DNA of 64,000 bases, taken from contig DAITOK010000004.1 in NCBI GenBank assembly GCA_036834125.1, forward strand, positions 4,446 to 68,445, written 5' to 3'. The notes under the pieces are model-generated. The model did no database searches, was not told the origin of the DNA, and saw only the letters and a program-made list of their open reading frames with translations. The position numbers and the translations under genes were made by a program. This document shows positions 9,390 to 18,635 of this stretch, in pieces. The first letter of the stretch is position 1. Each line of letters opens with the position of its first letter. This DNA comes from Chloroflexota bacterium (GTDB taxonomy: Bacteria; Chloroflexota; Dehalococcoidia; GIF9; AB-539-J10).

Positions 9390-10061
9390 GTGGAGTGGAT
9401 GGTGTTCTACTATACCGCAGGAAAAGAGAATGCCACTCTCACTGCCCAGCACTTCGGTATCTCAAGAAAAACATTTTACAAGTGGTTAGGACGCTTCCAG
9501 GACTCTAAATACAATGTCCGTAGCCTTCATGACCAGCCTAAAACTCCTCACCATAAGAGAAAGTGGGAAGTTACTCTTATCCAGGAAGATAGGATAAGAA
9601 AGTTAAGAACAAAACATCCTTACTACGGGAAAAGGAAGCTAAAAGTCCTTTATGAACAAGAATATGGCGAGGAGATATCTACCTGAAAAATCGAGAGGGT
9701 AATTCGCAAGCATAAGCTCTATCCTGACCAGAGGAAGGCAGAGAAAACCAGTAGAAAGAGAGCCAGAGCTCTAAAGAAGCCCAAGAAAAGAGTCACCAGC
9801 CTTGGTTATTAAAAGGGAAGCTTGTTTTTTCAGCTCGATACCATCGTTATCTACTGGAAGAACGTCCAAAGATACATTCTGACCGCTGTAGACCATGCTA
9901 GCAAACTAGCTTATGCCCGGATGTATAGGAACAAAAGCTCAAGGGCGGCAGCAGACTTCTTATACAGGCTACGCTACGTGGTAAACCAGCCTATTGAAAA
10001 TCTTCTGACAGATAATGGGAGTGAATTTGCCTGGGGTTTGAGAGAGCTGCTATCGGATTAG
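9390..10061 (+). mobile_element. IS481-family transposase remnant (frameshifted and C-terminally truncated pseudogene)
   Basis: ORF 9390-9686 carries an N-terminal HTH (FGISRKTFYKWLGRF). ORF 9822-10061 carries part of a DDE integrase core (TAVDHASKLAYARMY...LTDNGSEF). The two ORFs are in different frames, and the catalytic domain stops early. Confidence 0.6.
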
Positions 10062-10196
10062 GCATGCAGATCTTACTCTCATACAGCGTATTGAAATGGG
10101 GCTGGCTAAAATCCGCAGCCCAGCGTTACCCGTGTACTCAGCCGCCACAGAATACCCTTCAACTGTTCAAAATGTAGTATAATACGAGCACGTACC

Positions 10197-11231
10197 ATGC
10201 CAAAAAAGATAAAAGCGGGCATAATAAATGTCACCGGCTACATTGGTGTCGAGCTGACTCGCCTGCTTTGTCAGCACCCCCAAGTAAAGCTCGCGGTCGT
10301 TACCGGAAGGAGTGCAGCAGGACAAAAATTGGATGACGTGTTCCCGAACTTTGCAGGCACCAACTACACCGTAAAAGCTGAACTGGATAGCGAGGTAGAC
10401 ATCGCTTTCTCAGCTATGCCTCATAAAAGCAGTATAGACATAGTGCCTGCCTTGTTAAAACAGGGCATCAGGGTTGTTGATGCCAGTGCTGATTTCAGGC
10501 TGAAGAATGCTGACGAATATCCGAAATGGTATGGGTTTACGCATCCATCGCCCAACCTGTTGAAAGAAGCGGTTTTTGGCTTACCCGAACTGCATCGTGA
10601 GCAAATCGCCTCAGCCTCGCTAGTGGCAAACCCCGGCTGCTACAGCACCGGTGCCATCTTAGCCTTAGCACCACTGGTCAAAGAAAGGCTTATCCAACCC
10701 GAGATAGTGATAGATAGCAAATCTGGCGTCTCGGGCGCTGGACGAACCCTAAGCTTAACCACCCACTATTCTGAGGTCAACGAGGACGTTTGTGCCTATT
10801 CGCTAGAAGGACATCGACATTTGCCTGAAATAGAACAAGAATTAAGAGCACTTAGCTGTTCGTTTTTCCCTTCCATAACCTTCGTACCACATCTAATTCC
10901 CATGACTAGAGGCATATTGAGCACCTGTTATGCCAAACTAGCTGGTAGCCGTCGCCTGACAGCCGACAGTCTGAAGCAGTTGTACCGTGAGTTTTACAAA
11001 CATGCACCTTTCGTCCGGATAACGAGCCAACCTCCGCACACCAAACATACCTGGGGGACCAATTTGTGCCTTATCTACCCCACAATTGATTCTAGAACAG
11101 GTAAGATTATAGTGATTAGCTGTCTCGACAACCTCGTCAAAGGAGGTGCTGGGCAAGCGGTGCAAAATATGAATCTTATGTTTGACCTGCCTGAGACCAA
11201 GGGATTAGCATCCTTAGCCGTTTACCCGTGA
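10197..11231 (+). CDS. argC: N-acetyl-gamma-glutamyl-phosphate reductase
   Basis: 344 aa with the NPGCYSTG active-site Cys motif and an N-terminal Rossmann motif GYIGVEL. Confidence 0.9.
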   Translation: MPKKIKAGIINVTGYIGVELTRLLCQHPQVKLAVVTGRSAAGQKLDDVFPNFAGTNYTVKAELDSEVDIAFSAMPHKSSIDIVPALLKQGIRVVDASADFRLKNADEYPKWYGFTHPSPNLLKEAVFGLPELHREQIASASLVANPGCYSTGAILALAPLVKERLIQPEIVIDSKSGVSGAGRTLSLTTHYSEVNEDVCAYSLEGHRHLPEIEQELRALSCSFFPSITFVPHLIPMTRGILSTCYAKLAGSRRLTADSLKQLYREFYKHAPFVRITSQPPHTKHTWGTNLCLIYPTIDSRTGKIIVISCLDNLVKGGAGQAVQNMNLMFDLPETKGLASLAVYP

Positions 11232-11376
11232 AATGTACCCGCAGTTTTAGTACCTTCTGCCTATCAGCAGTAAGTACCATAGTGCTATTTACAATAGCTA
11301 GGAGGAATGATATAGTGAAAATACTTAAGCTTTAATTAAATATGGTTAAATAGTTCCACGCGGGTCTACGTGAGCT

Positions 11377-13707
11377 ATGGGAACTAAGTTAACATCAACG
11401 GTAGGCGAGGATAAGAAGAGCCTAACAATGCCCAAGGGCTGGGACGAGGTAGCGCATGCCCTGCTCCACAGCATTGGACTGGGAATATATGTCGTTCAAG
11501 AAGGAAAATTCGTGTATGTTAATCCGGCATTTCAAAAACTAACAGGCTACGCCGAAAACGAGCTATTAGACAAATACTCCCTTGACCTTGTTCATTCAGA
11601 AGATAGGGAGATGGTGAGGCGAAGAGCCATAGAAAACTTGAAGAGCCAGAAGAGCCGTGTTCCTTACGAATACAGACTTGTGAAAAAGAATGGCGAGGCA
11701 ATGTGGGTTTTGGAAGAAGTTACGTCAATACATTATGCCGGCAAGCGTGCCACAGCAGGATTTCTTATGGATATTACTGCTCGCAAGCAATTAGAGGAGA
11801 CTATCAAGGATTCAGAGGAAAGATACCGAACCATACTGAACGAGATGCAAGATGGCTATTTCGAGGTTGACCTCGGTGGACATGTCACGTTTGCTAACAA
11901 TGCGGTATGCCAGGATCTGGGATACTCAGCAGAAGAGCTGATTGGGATGAGCTACAAGAAGTTTACGTTTGAGGAGGATATAGAACCTGTATTTCGAGCT
12001 TTTAATGAGGTGTACCGAACCGGTGTGCCCAGCAAGGGCATCTATTCGAGGAGCCACCGCAAAGACGGAAGCCAGGGGTTTTATGAGACATCAGTTGCTC
12101 TGTTGAGAAATAACAAGGGCGAACCTATTGGGTTCCGTTGCGTTGGGCGTGACATCACCAAGCGTAAAGAAGGGGAAGAGAAACTACGCCAAAGTAGGGA
12201 AAGGTATAAAGCTCTGTTCGATAGCTCGGTCACAGGTACGGTTGTTGTGGACGCTGAAACCATGAATATAATGGTAGCTAATCAAGCCGCTCTGAAGATG
12301 TTCGGATTCAGCTCCGCAGAGGAAGGTATAGGAGCAAACCTTCTGGACTTTGTTCCCTCAGATGAAAGGGAAAGGGTTTTGCAGCTCATTAAGGAGGAAC
12401 TCTTCGAGAAAGACTCCCGGCAAGCCGTGGATCTCCCGGCGATGACCAAAGATGGTCGGAGAATATGGATAAATGTTACCGGTGCCAGAATCGCTCATGA
12501 AGGTAAATTGGCAGCCTTGATTTCTTTCACAGACATCACCGAGCGCAGGAGAGCAGAAGAGGCGCTGAAAGAGTCGGAGGAAAAATACCGAAGCATATTA
12601 GACGAAATAGGAGACGCCTATTTTGAAGTGGACCTGAAAGGCAATTTCACCTTCGTCAATGACCAGATGAGCCAACACTTACAGTACTCCAAAGAAGAGC
12701 TCCTGGGAATGAATTACAGAACCTTCACTGCCCCGGAAGAAATCCAAGAGATATATAAAGCCTACAATGAAGTATACCGTACAGGTCAGCCCAAAGCGAA
12801 TATTGGACATAAAATCATTCGAAAAGATGGCTCTAAGGGGTTCAGCGTCGTATCAATCTCTCCGGTGAGGAATGAGAAAGGCGAGGTCGTCAGATTTCGG
12901 GGTATCTCTCGTGATATCACTGAGCGCAAACGCTTGGAGGAAGAGCGAGAGGCTTTGCTGCAAAATATAAAGAACATCAACCAAAAGCTGGAAGAAGCCA
13001 ATAAAGAACTCCAAGATTTTGTCTACATTGCCTCGCATGATCTCCGGGAGCCGCTGCGGAAGATTTCCTCATTTGGCACGTTGCTTGAAGAGTCACTGAG
13101 AGGAAAACTGGATGAAGACCAGCGAGAAAACCTGGAGTTCATGATAGACGGCGCTCGCCGTATGCAGAATATGATAGACGCATTGCTTACCTATTCTCGG
13201 CTCACTACCAAAGCCAAGCCTTTTGAATGGGTAAATCTGAACGAGGTAGTCGAAGATGTAAAGAAGTTCGAATTGGCAGCTTTACTGGAAGAAACACAAG
13301 GTGCCATCCACATTCCCAAGCCACTGCCTTCAGTTCAAGCTGACCCAATTCAGATGCACCAACTTTTCCAGAACTTGATTGGCAATGGGCTAAAGTTCCA
13401 TAAAGAAGGTGTACTACCCGAGGTGACCATTCGCGCCTATGACCTCGGAAACCATATGATTCGAATAGAAGTGGAAGACAATGGAATAGGAATTGATGAA
13501 AAATACCATAGTCAATTGTTTACTATGTTTAGACGACTTCATACGAGAGAGCAGTATGAAGGGACAGGGATTGGTCTAGCTGTCTGTAAGAAAATCGTTG
13601 AGCGGCACGGAGGCAGCATCGGAGTAAGATCAAAGCCTGGCGAAGGGTCAACATTCTGGTTTACACTGCCCAAAGAAAGCCGCGTTAAGGAAGGATTAGG
13701 AAAATGA
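11377..13707 (+). CDS. cytoplasmic sensor histidine kinase with about four PAS domains
   Basis: 776 aa with no TM segments and repeated PAS-like blocks. The HisKA H-box is ASHDLREPLRKI. The HATPase_c G-boxes are GTGIGLAVCKKIVERHGGSI and GEGSTFWFTLP. Confidence 0.85.
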   Translation: MGTKLTSTVGEDKKSLTMPKGWDEVAHALLHSIGLGIYVVQEGKFVYVNPAFQKLTGYAENELLDKYSLDLVHSEDREMVRRRAIENLKSQKSRVPYEYRLVKKNGEAMWVLEEVTSIHYAGKRATAGFLMDITARKQLEETIKDSEERYRTILNEMQDGYFEVDLGGHVTFANNAVCQDLGYSAEELIGMSYKKFTFEEDIEPVFRAFNEVYRTGVPSKGIYSRSHRKDGSQGFYETSVALLRNNKGEPIGFRCVGRDITKRKEGEEKLRQSRERYKALFDSSVTGTVVVDAETMNIMVANQAALKMFGFSSAEEGIGANLLDFVPSDERERVLQLIKEELFEKDSRQAVDLPAMTKDGRRIWINVTGARIAHEGKLAALISFTDITERRRAEEALKESEEKYRSILDEIGDAYFEVDLKGNFTFVNDQMSQHLQYSKEELLGMNYRTFTAPEEIQEIYKAYNEVYRTGQPKANIGHKIIRKDGSKGFSVVSISPVRNEKGEVVRFRGISRDITERKRLEEEREALLQNIKNINQKLEEANKELQDFVYIASHDLREPLRKISSFGTLLEESLRGKLDEDQRENLEFMIDGARRMQNMIDALLTYSRLTTKAKPFEWVNLNEVVEDVKKFELAALLEETQGAIHIPKPLPSVQADPIQMHQLFQNLIGNGLKFHKEGVLPEVTIRAYDLGNHMIRIEVEDNGIGIDEKYHSQLFTMFRRLHTREQYEGTGIGLAVCKKIVERHGGSIGVRSKPGEGSTFWFTLPKESRVKEGLGK

Positions 13708-14156
13708 TCAAGGAATTGTCACCGCTGGTCATATTGCTGGTGGAGGACGACCCAGCAGACCAAAAGTTGATCAAGATCTCCCTTAGAGAACAAAAGCTCG
13801 CCAATGATATTTACACTGTACGGAGCGGCGAGGAAGGGTTGGACTTCTTGTACCACCGTGGACGTTACAGCGATGGAACTCCGCGACCCGATCTGATTCT
13901 GCTGGATTTAAACATGCCTGGAATAGGAGGAAAGGAATTCCTGAGGCAGCTCAAAAAAGATGAAAACCTGAAACAGATTCCCGTTGTTATCGTAACAACT
14001 TCGGAAGCCGAGAAGGATATAATAGATAGCTACAAGCTGCAAGCCAGTGGATATGTGCACAAGCCTGTGACGCTGGAGGGATTTAAGGAAGCCATGAAAA
14101 AACTCGAAGAATACTGGTTCGTATTGTGCAAACGAATACCTAAGGAACAACCATGA
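13704..14156 (+). CDS. single-domain response regulator (CheY-like receiver)
   Basis: 150 aa with VILLVEDDPADQ and DLILLDLNMPG (phospho-acceptor Asp). Its start overlaps the HK stop by ATGA. Confidence 0.85.
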   Translation: MIKELSPLVILLVEDDPADQKLIKISLREQKLANDIYTVRSGEEGLDFLYHRGRYSDGTPRPDLILLDLNMPGIGGKEFLRQLKKDENLKQIPVVIVTTSEAEKDIIDSYKLQASGYVHKPVTLEGFKEAMKKLEEYWFVLCKRIPKEQP

Positions 14157-15109
14157 CACAAGAAGTTCAAAAACCACTACTGAAAATGCTCATCTGCGAT
14201 GATGACCCTGGAGATCGCAAATTAGTCCGGACTTATCTACAGCGGATGACCGACAGGGAAATTGTGTTGCTAGAAGCTGGGCATACAGAGGAAATTCAGA
14301 ACGCTTTGGACAAAGGTAGAATTGACCTCGTCTTGATGGATAATCAAATGCCAGGCAAATCCGGTATGGAATGGCTTAGCGAAATTACAAAACGACAACT
14401 TGCTCCCGTGATTATGTTGACGGGGTCGGGAACCGAAGAGATTGCAGTACAAGCCTTTCAAGAGGGAGCAGTCGGTTATCTGTCAAAGAATAACCTATCC
14501 AAAGAAAAACTTAAGAATGCTATTGATGCTGCCTTGGATAAATGGGCACGGCTACAACAAGCCATGGCTGACAAAGAGAGGTTGGAAAGACTGGCAAACT
14601 TCGATTCCTTGACCGGGTTGTATAACCGCCGAGCGATTTTCAGCAAGTTGTATGAGTTGATCAATCTCGCCAATCGCTATAAAGAAGACTTTAGTCTGAT
14701 CATGCTGGACATTGACCATTTTAAGAAGGTCAACGATACCTATGGACATCTCACTGGAGATGAGGTCTTGGAGAAACTTGCTACCTTAATCTGTCGGAAC
14801 ATCCGCGAGACGGATATAGTGGGACGCTATGGAGGAGAGGAGTTTATCATTATTTTGCCCAAGACAAACCTGTCCTCGGCTTGGATTGTAGCTGAGCGAA
14901 TCCGAAGTATAATCGAGAAGGCAGAGATGAGAGACGCCGCGGACAATATATTCTCCATAACCGTGAGTCAAGGACTAGCTGGATGGGAGAGGGGCGAAGA
15001 TGCTATGTCTCTTATCGCTCGCGCTGACGAAGCTCTGTACAAGGCTAAGCAGAAAGGACGGAACCGGGTACAAATTCTGCTCGGTCCCAGCCTGAGAGAC
15101 AAAGTCTAG
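14153..15109 (+). CDS. response regulator with GGDEF (diguanylate cyclase) output domain
   Basis: 318 aa with an N-terminal REC domain (LICDDDPGD, DLVLMDNQMPG) and a C-terminal GGDEF domain (RYGGEEFIIILP). Its start overlaps the previous stop. Confidence 0.85.
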   Translation: MTQEVQKPLLKMLICDDDPGDRKLVRTYLQRMTDREIVLLEAGHTEEIQNALDKGRIDLVLMDNQMPGKSGMEWLSEITKRQLAPVIMLTGSGTEEIAVQAFQEGAVGYLSKNNLSKEKLKNAIDAALDKWARLQQAMADKERLERLANFDSLTGLYNRRAIFSKLYELINLANRYKEDFSLIMLDIDHFKKVNDTYGHLTGDEVLEKLATLICRNIRETDIVGRYGGEEFIIILPKTNLSSAWIVAERIRSIIEKAEMRDAADNIFSITVSQGLAGWERGEDAMSLIARADEALYKAKQKGRNRVQILLGPSLRDKV

Positions 15110-15138
15110 CTTATTATCGTCCCGACCACCAATAACTA

Positions 15139-16632
15139 TTATTTTTCTTGTTCGATTCCTTCTGGAGTCACTCCCAGTCTGTCGAAGGCATACTTGCCTT
15201 CAACGGGGATGCCCGCCAGGCGTTTTGCGATATTCTTAGTTTTTTCCACGTCGTAGCTACCCATAATAGCAATTTGCTCCATTCGAGGAGAGCCGCCACC
15301 GTGGACACCAGCATATTGCATCACGCCTGCTATCTCGGAACAAGACAAAGCCTGCACAAAGCGGAAAGCGCGATGTATGTCGTCTATTGATACCTTGGGG
15401 TTACGCATCATGTACTTCTTGATAAAGGGACCTATCTCTGGATTTAGCCAGTCTCCCTCACGGGGCAGCGTCGCCGGCATCCCGCCCGCTATATCCGCCA
15501 GAATATCATACTCATGATAGATATTTACACCGGCATGCCTTCGGCTCACGTTGCAGTAGAGCACATCCGGAACATATGTCCCAGAAGCTGCCTTCCGAGC
15601 ATTGACAGCAGCAGCGATGCCTGTCCCATAACATAGCTCTGAAGTGCAAATCAACTCAGCCAGCTTCTCCCTCACATGTGGCTCATTTTCAATTCCGTTG
15701 CATTCAGCCATCAAGGCGGTAGCGCCCGCGATCACATCTGTCATCGCCGGTTTGCAACCGGTATAGCTATGGCGATGATACAGGGCAAACATGAGCGCTA
15801 ACTGCCCTCCGTATTCGTATTCCCCATTCAAGAATACTCTTTCCCAAGGGACAAACACATTGTCAAAAATCACCATAGCATCGGCAGAGCCAAACGGACC
15901 GGGTGCGCCCATGCTAGTCGGCGTTTCGTAAAGAGCAGCACTTACAATCAGCTTCACACCTTCTTCATCAGCAGGTATAGCACAGGAAACTGCCCAAGGA
16001 CCTTCTTCCTTAGTCAGACGCCTTGTAGGCACGACCAATATCCACTCCTCAACGGGTGAGTAAGAGATGTGCACTTTGGCACCCCTGATCACGATACCAT
16101 CGCTCTTTGTTTCCACAACCCGAACATAAAGGTCAGGATCTAGCTGCTCGTGTGGCCTCCACGGGCGGTTCCCTTTGACATCCGTCTGAGCACAGGCTGC
16201 GGTACAATCTTTCTCCTGAAATTCTCTTAACCAGTTCTCAAATCTTTTGTGGTATTCAGTCCCGTAAGCCTTATCAACTTCATAAGTAACAACCGAATTG
16301 GCATTTATAGCATCAATGCCCATACAGCGAGCAATGCATCCTCCAACTTGGTGACAGGTTAGCCTGGTCATACGCTGTTTGGCTAGGAGATCGGCAATGC
16401 TGCGGTGGACATGACAGAACCGGTTTATCGTCTTGCCGGTCAGATGAGACTTGGCTGTCAATATATCTCTATACTCTTTGAACTCCGGGTCTCTTATGAT
16501 GTCATAGGTCTTCGCCAGAACGTTCACAGCCCCCTCTAAGCGCGGGTGGTCACGGTCTATTAGCTGCCCATTCATATAGACGTTCCGCTTCATCTTGCTC
16601 AATCTCTTTCGATACTCACTCGATGTAATCAC
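15139..16632 (-). CDS. abfD: 4-hydroxybutyryl-CoA dehydratase / vinylacetyl-CoA delta-isomerase (AbfD family)
   Basis: 497 aa with strong collinear similarity to AbfD from recall: GKTINRF, DGIVIRGAK, VIFDNVFVP and HGGGSP. Confidence 0.85.
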   Translation of the reverse strand: MITSSEYRKRLSKMKRNVYMNGQLIDRDHPRLEGAVNVLAKTYDIIRDPEFKEYRDILTAKSHLTGKTINRFCHVHRSIADLLAKQRMTRLTCHQVGGCIARCMGIDAINANSVVTYEVDKAYGTEYHKRFENWLREFQEKDCTAACAQTDVKGNRPWRPHEQLDPDLYVRVVETKSDGIVIRGAKVHISYSPVEEWILVVPTRRLTKEEGPWAVSCAIPADEEGVKLIVSAALYETPTSMGAPGPFGSADAMVIFDNVFVPWERVFLNGEYEYGGQLALMFALYHRHSYTGCKPAMTDVIAGATALMAECNGIENEPHVREKLAELICTSELCYGTGIAAAVNARKAASGTYVPDVLYCNVSRRHAGVNIYHEYDILADIAGGMPATLPREGDWLNPEIGPFIKKYMMRNPKVSIDDIHRAFRFVQALSCSEIAGVMQYAGVHGGGSPRMEQIAIMGSYDVEKTKNIAKRLAGIPVEGKYAFDRLGVTPEGIEQEK

Positions 16633-16665
16633 TGTAACCCCCTTTAGCTGATTTCATTTACCTTG

Positions 16666-17433
16666 CTATATGGTAGCGCCGCCATCTACCACGAGAACAT
16701 GCCCAGTCACATAGCTGGAAGCATCAGAAGCCAGGAAAATGGCAGCCCCCACCATCTCGTCAGGTTCAGCCACACGGTGCAACGGAGTCATTGCTGTAAC
16801 ACCTTTCACGATATCCGGGTTGCCCCAGAGGGCTTCGCTAAATCGAGTTTTGGTCAGCCCCGGCGCTATAGCATTCACTCTAATATTGTACTGCGCCCAT
16901 TGCTGCGCCATTACTTTCGTCGCCATAATCACTCCAGCTTTGCTGATGGAGTAGACTGGCAGGATATCAGGAGTAATTCCAGCCACCGAAGCGACGTTGA
17001 TAATGTTGCCTCCCCCTTGCTCTCTCATCACTCTGGCTACAGCCTGACTCAAGAAGAATAACCCTTTTAGATTGAGATTCATAATGGAATCCCAGGCACG
17101 CTCTTCTATATCTATAGCCTGATCCATAGTGGGGTTAGTGGCAGCATTGTTCACTAAAATATCAATCCGGCCAAACTCCTCTTTGACCTTGGGCACCAGA
17201 GTCTTTATCTCTTCCATCCTGCCTACATGTGCCGCCACAGCCAACGACTTCCGCCCGAGCTTCTTTATCTCCGCAGCCACTTCCTCCAGGTCCGGCAGTT
17301 TACGACTGGTTACTGCTACATCGGCGCCAAATCTGGCTAGCCCTATAGCAATAGCCTTGCCAATTCCGCGACTGCCACCAGTCACTAAGGCTACCTTGCC
17401 TGATAACGAAAAGATGTCTGGAGAAACACTCAT
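16666..17433 (-). CDS. SDR-family oxidoreductase
   Basis: It carries TGGSRGIGKAIA, NNAA and a YSISKAG catalytic Tyr/Lys. I set the start at ATG 17433 (MSVSP), 6 nt after an AGGAGG RBS. The longer ORF would translate through that RBS. Confidence 0.85.
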   Translation of the reverse strand: MSVSPDIFSLSGKVALVTGGSRGIGKAIAIGLARFGADVAVTSRKLPDLEEVAAEIKKLGRKSLAVAAHVGRMEEIKTLVPKVKEEFGRIDILVNNAATNPTMDQAIDIEERAWDSIMNLNLKGLFFLSQAVARVMREQGGGNIINVASVAGITPDILPVYSISKAGVIMATKVMAQQWAQYNIRVNAIAPGLTKTRFSEALWGNPDIVKGVTAMTPLHRVAEPDEMVGAAIFLASDASSYVTGHVLVVDGGATI

Positions 17434-17617
17434 TACATACCTCCTGAACACGATTTATCGGTCGAAGTTGCTGAGACCGACACCAGAGTATATATCAAGA
17501 TAGTGTCATAGGCAACTTGAGCAGCAAGGTTTATCAGTCGTTTTAAGCCCTCGCCCGGCTATGATATAGGAAGGCACACGAATTAGGCAAAAAGCTATGT
17601 GATGCAGCTTGTAAGCA

Positions 17618-18631
17618 TCATACATATGATTCGGCAAGCTGGAAATAACCCCGTGCACTTGCCAAAGCCTTTGCTTTTTCAGTCTGCGATATGAGTGGAT
17701 CATCAAGTTTGAAGCTTTCCACCTTGCCCCGCACATAAGCGCGGTAGCATTTGTAGAAATCGAGCAACTTCAGAAGTCCCTCATCACCGGTCACCTTTAC
17801 ATAGGTGCTCACAAGGTGGCGCGAAAGAACAGCTTGCCCATGGTGGTCCAAATCCATAGCCAGAAAGGCGAGCTCCGAAGCAACGTCGCAATAACGGAAC
17901 CTATCATTGAATTCGATGCAATCGTAAATATAAATATCCTTGGCAAAGCAGATATGGGCGGCATGAAGGTCGCCGTGGCAGTCTTTTATTTTTCCCTTTT
18001 CCACCCGTTTATCAAATAAACAGGCATTATTCTTGATGAAATCATCGGTGTAGCCTTTGATTCGCTGATAGCTTGCTTTAGGAATGCTAAGACCAATATA
18101 CTTCTCGGTCTGAGCAAAGTTTTCGTCACAATTGTGGCGTATAACATCTAATTGACCAAAAGAAGATATTCTTTCGTTCGTCTCAGCTCTGTGATGAAAG
18201 CTGGCCAGTTTTTCCACCACGCCGGTTACCATTTCTTTCGTGACCTTACCCTGAAGCAAGAGCACATCCATCATGTGCTCTTGAGGCAATTGCTTCATCT
18301 TGACAGTATACTCTATGGGTCTGCCTCGCCCTTCGATGCGAATTTTGCCCTTTTCTTCGGCAATTGGCACCACAGCTAAATAAACGTCGGGGCAAAGACG
18401 TCTGTTCAACTGCAACTCCTGTTGACAGAAGAAATGGCGTTTCTCCAAAGTAGTGTAATCGAGATAGCCAAGATTGACAGGCTTTTTAATCTTGTACACG
18501 TATTCGCCGGTGAGGAAAATAAAAGACATCTGGGTCTGAACTAGTTCTACCTTCTGTGGTTTGTGTAGATAAGACTCAGGCTTGAGGAGAGCTTCAATTG
18601 TAGATGGTAACGTTGACACTGGACTACTCAC
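17618..18631 (-). CDS. phosphotransferase-family protein (APH/choline-kinase-like fold)
   Basis: It has the Brenner-type HGDLH motif (DCHGDLHAAHICF) and a conserved N-terminal block YVYKIKKPVNLGYLDYTTLEKR. The start is uncertain. The ORF-track start overlaps the thiolase by 90 nt, so I placed it at a GTG near 18631, just after the thiolase stop. Confidence 0.55.
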   Translation of the reverse strand: MSSPVSTLPSTIEALLKPESYLHKPQKVELVQTQMSFIFLTGEYVYKIKKPVNLGYLDYTTLEKRHFFCQQELQLNRRLCPDVYLAVVPIAEEKGKIRIEGRGRPIEYTVKMKQLPQEHMMDVLLLQGKVTKEMVTGVVEKLASFHHRAETNERISSFGQLDVIRHNCDENFAQTEKYIGLSIPKASYQRIKGYTDDFIKNNACLFDKRVEKGKIKDCHGDLHAAHICFAKDIYIYDCIEFNDRFRYCDVASELAFLAMDLDHHGQAVLSRHLVSTYVKVTGDEGLLKLLDFYKCYRAYVRGKVESFKLDDPLISQTEKAKALASARGYFQLAESYV

Positions 18632-18635
18632 GGAA

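Noticed and set aside
17434-17451. Longer N-terminal extensions given by the ORF track for several genes: SDR, fabZ, gpsA, hpt, dnaJ-like, SCP-x thiolase, etfB and the dehydratase subunit.
   Set aside because: In each case an internal ATG lies at canonical spacing from a strong GGAGG-type RBS and restores the conserved family N-terminus. The extension would overlap a neighbouring gene, RBS or promoter.
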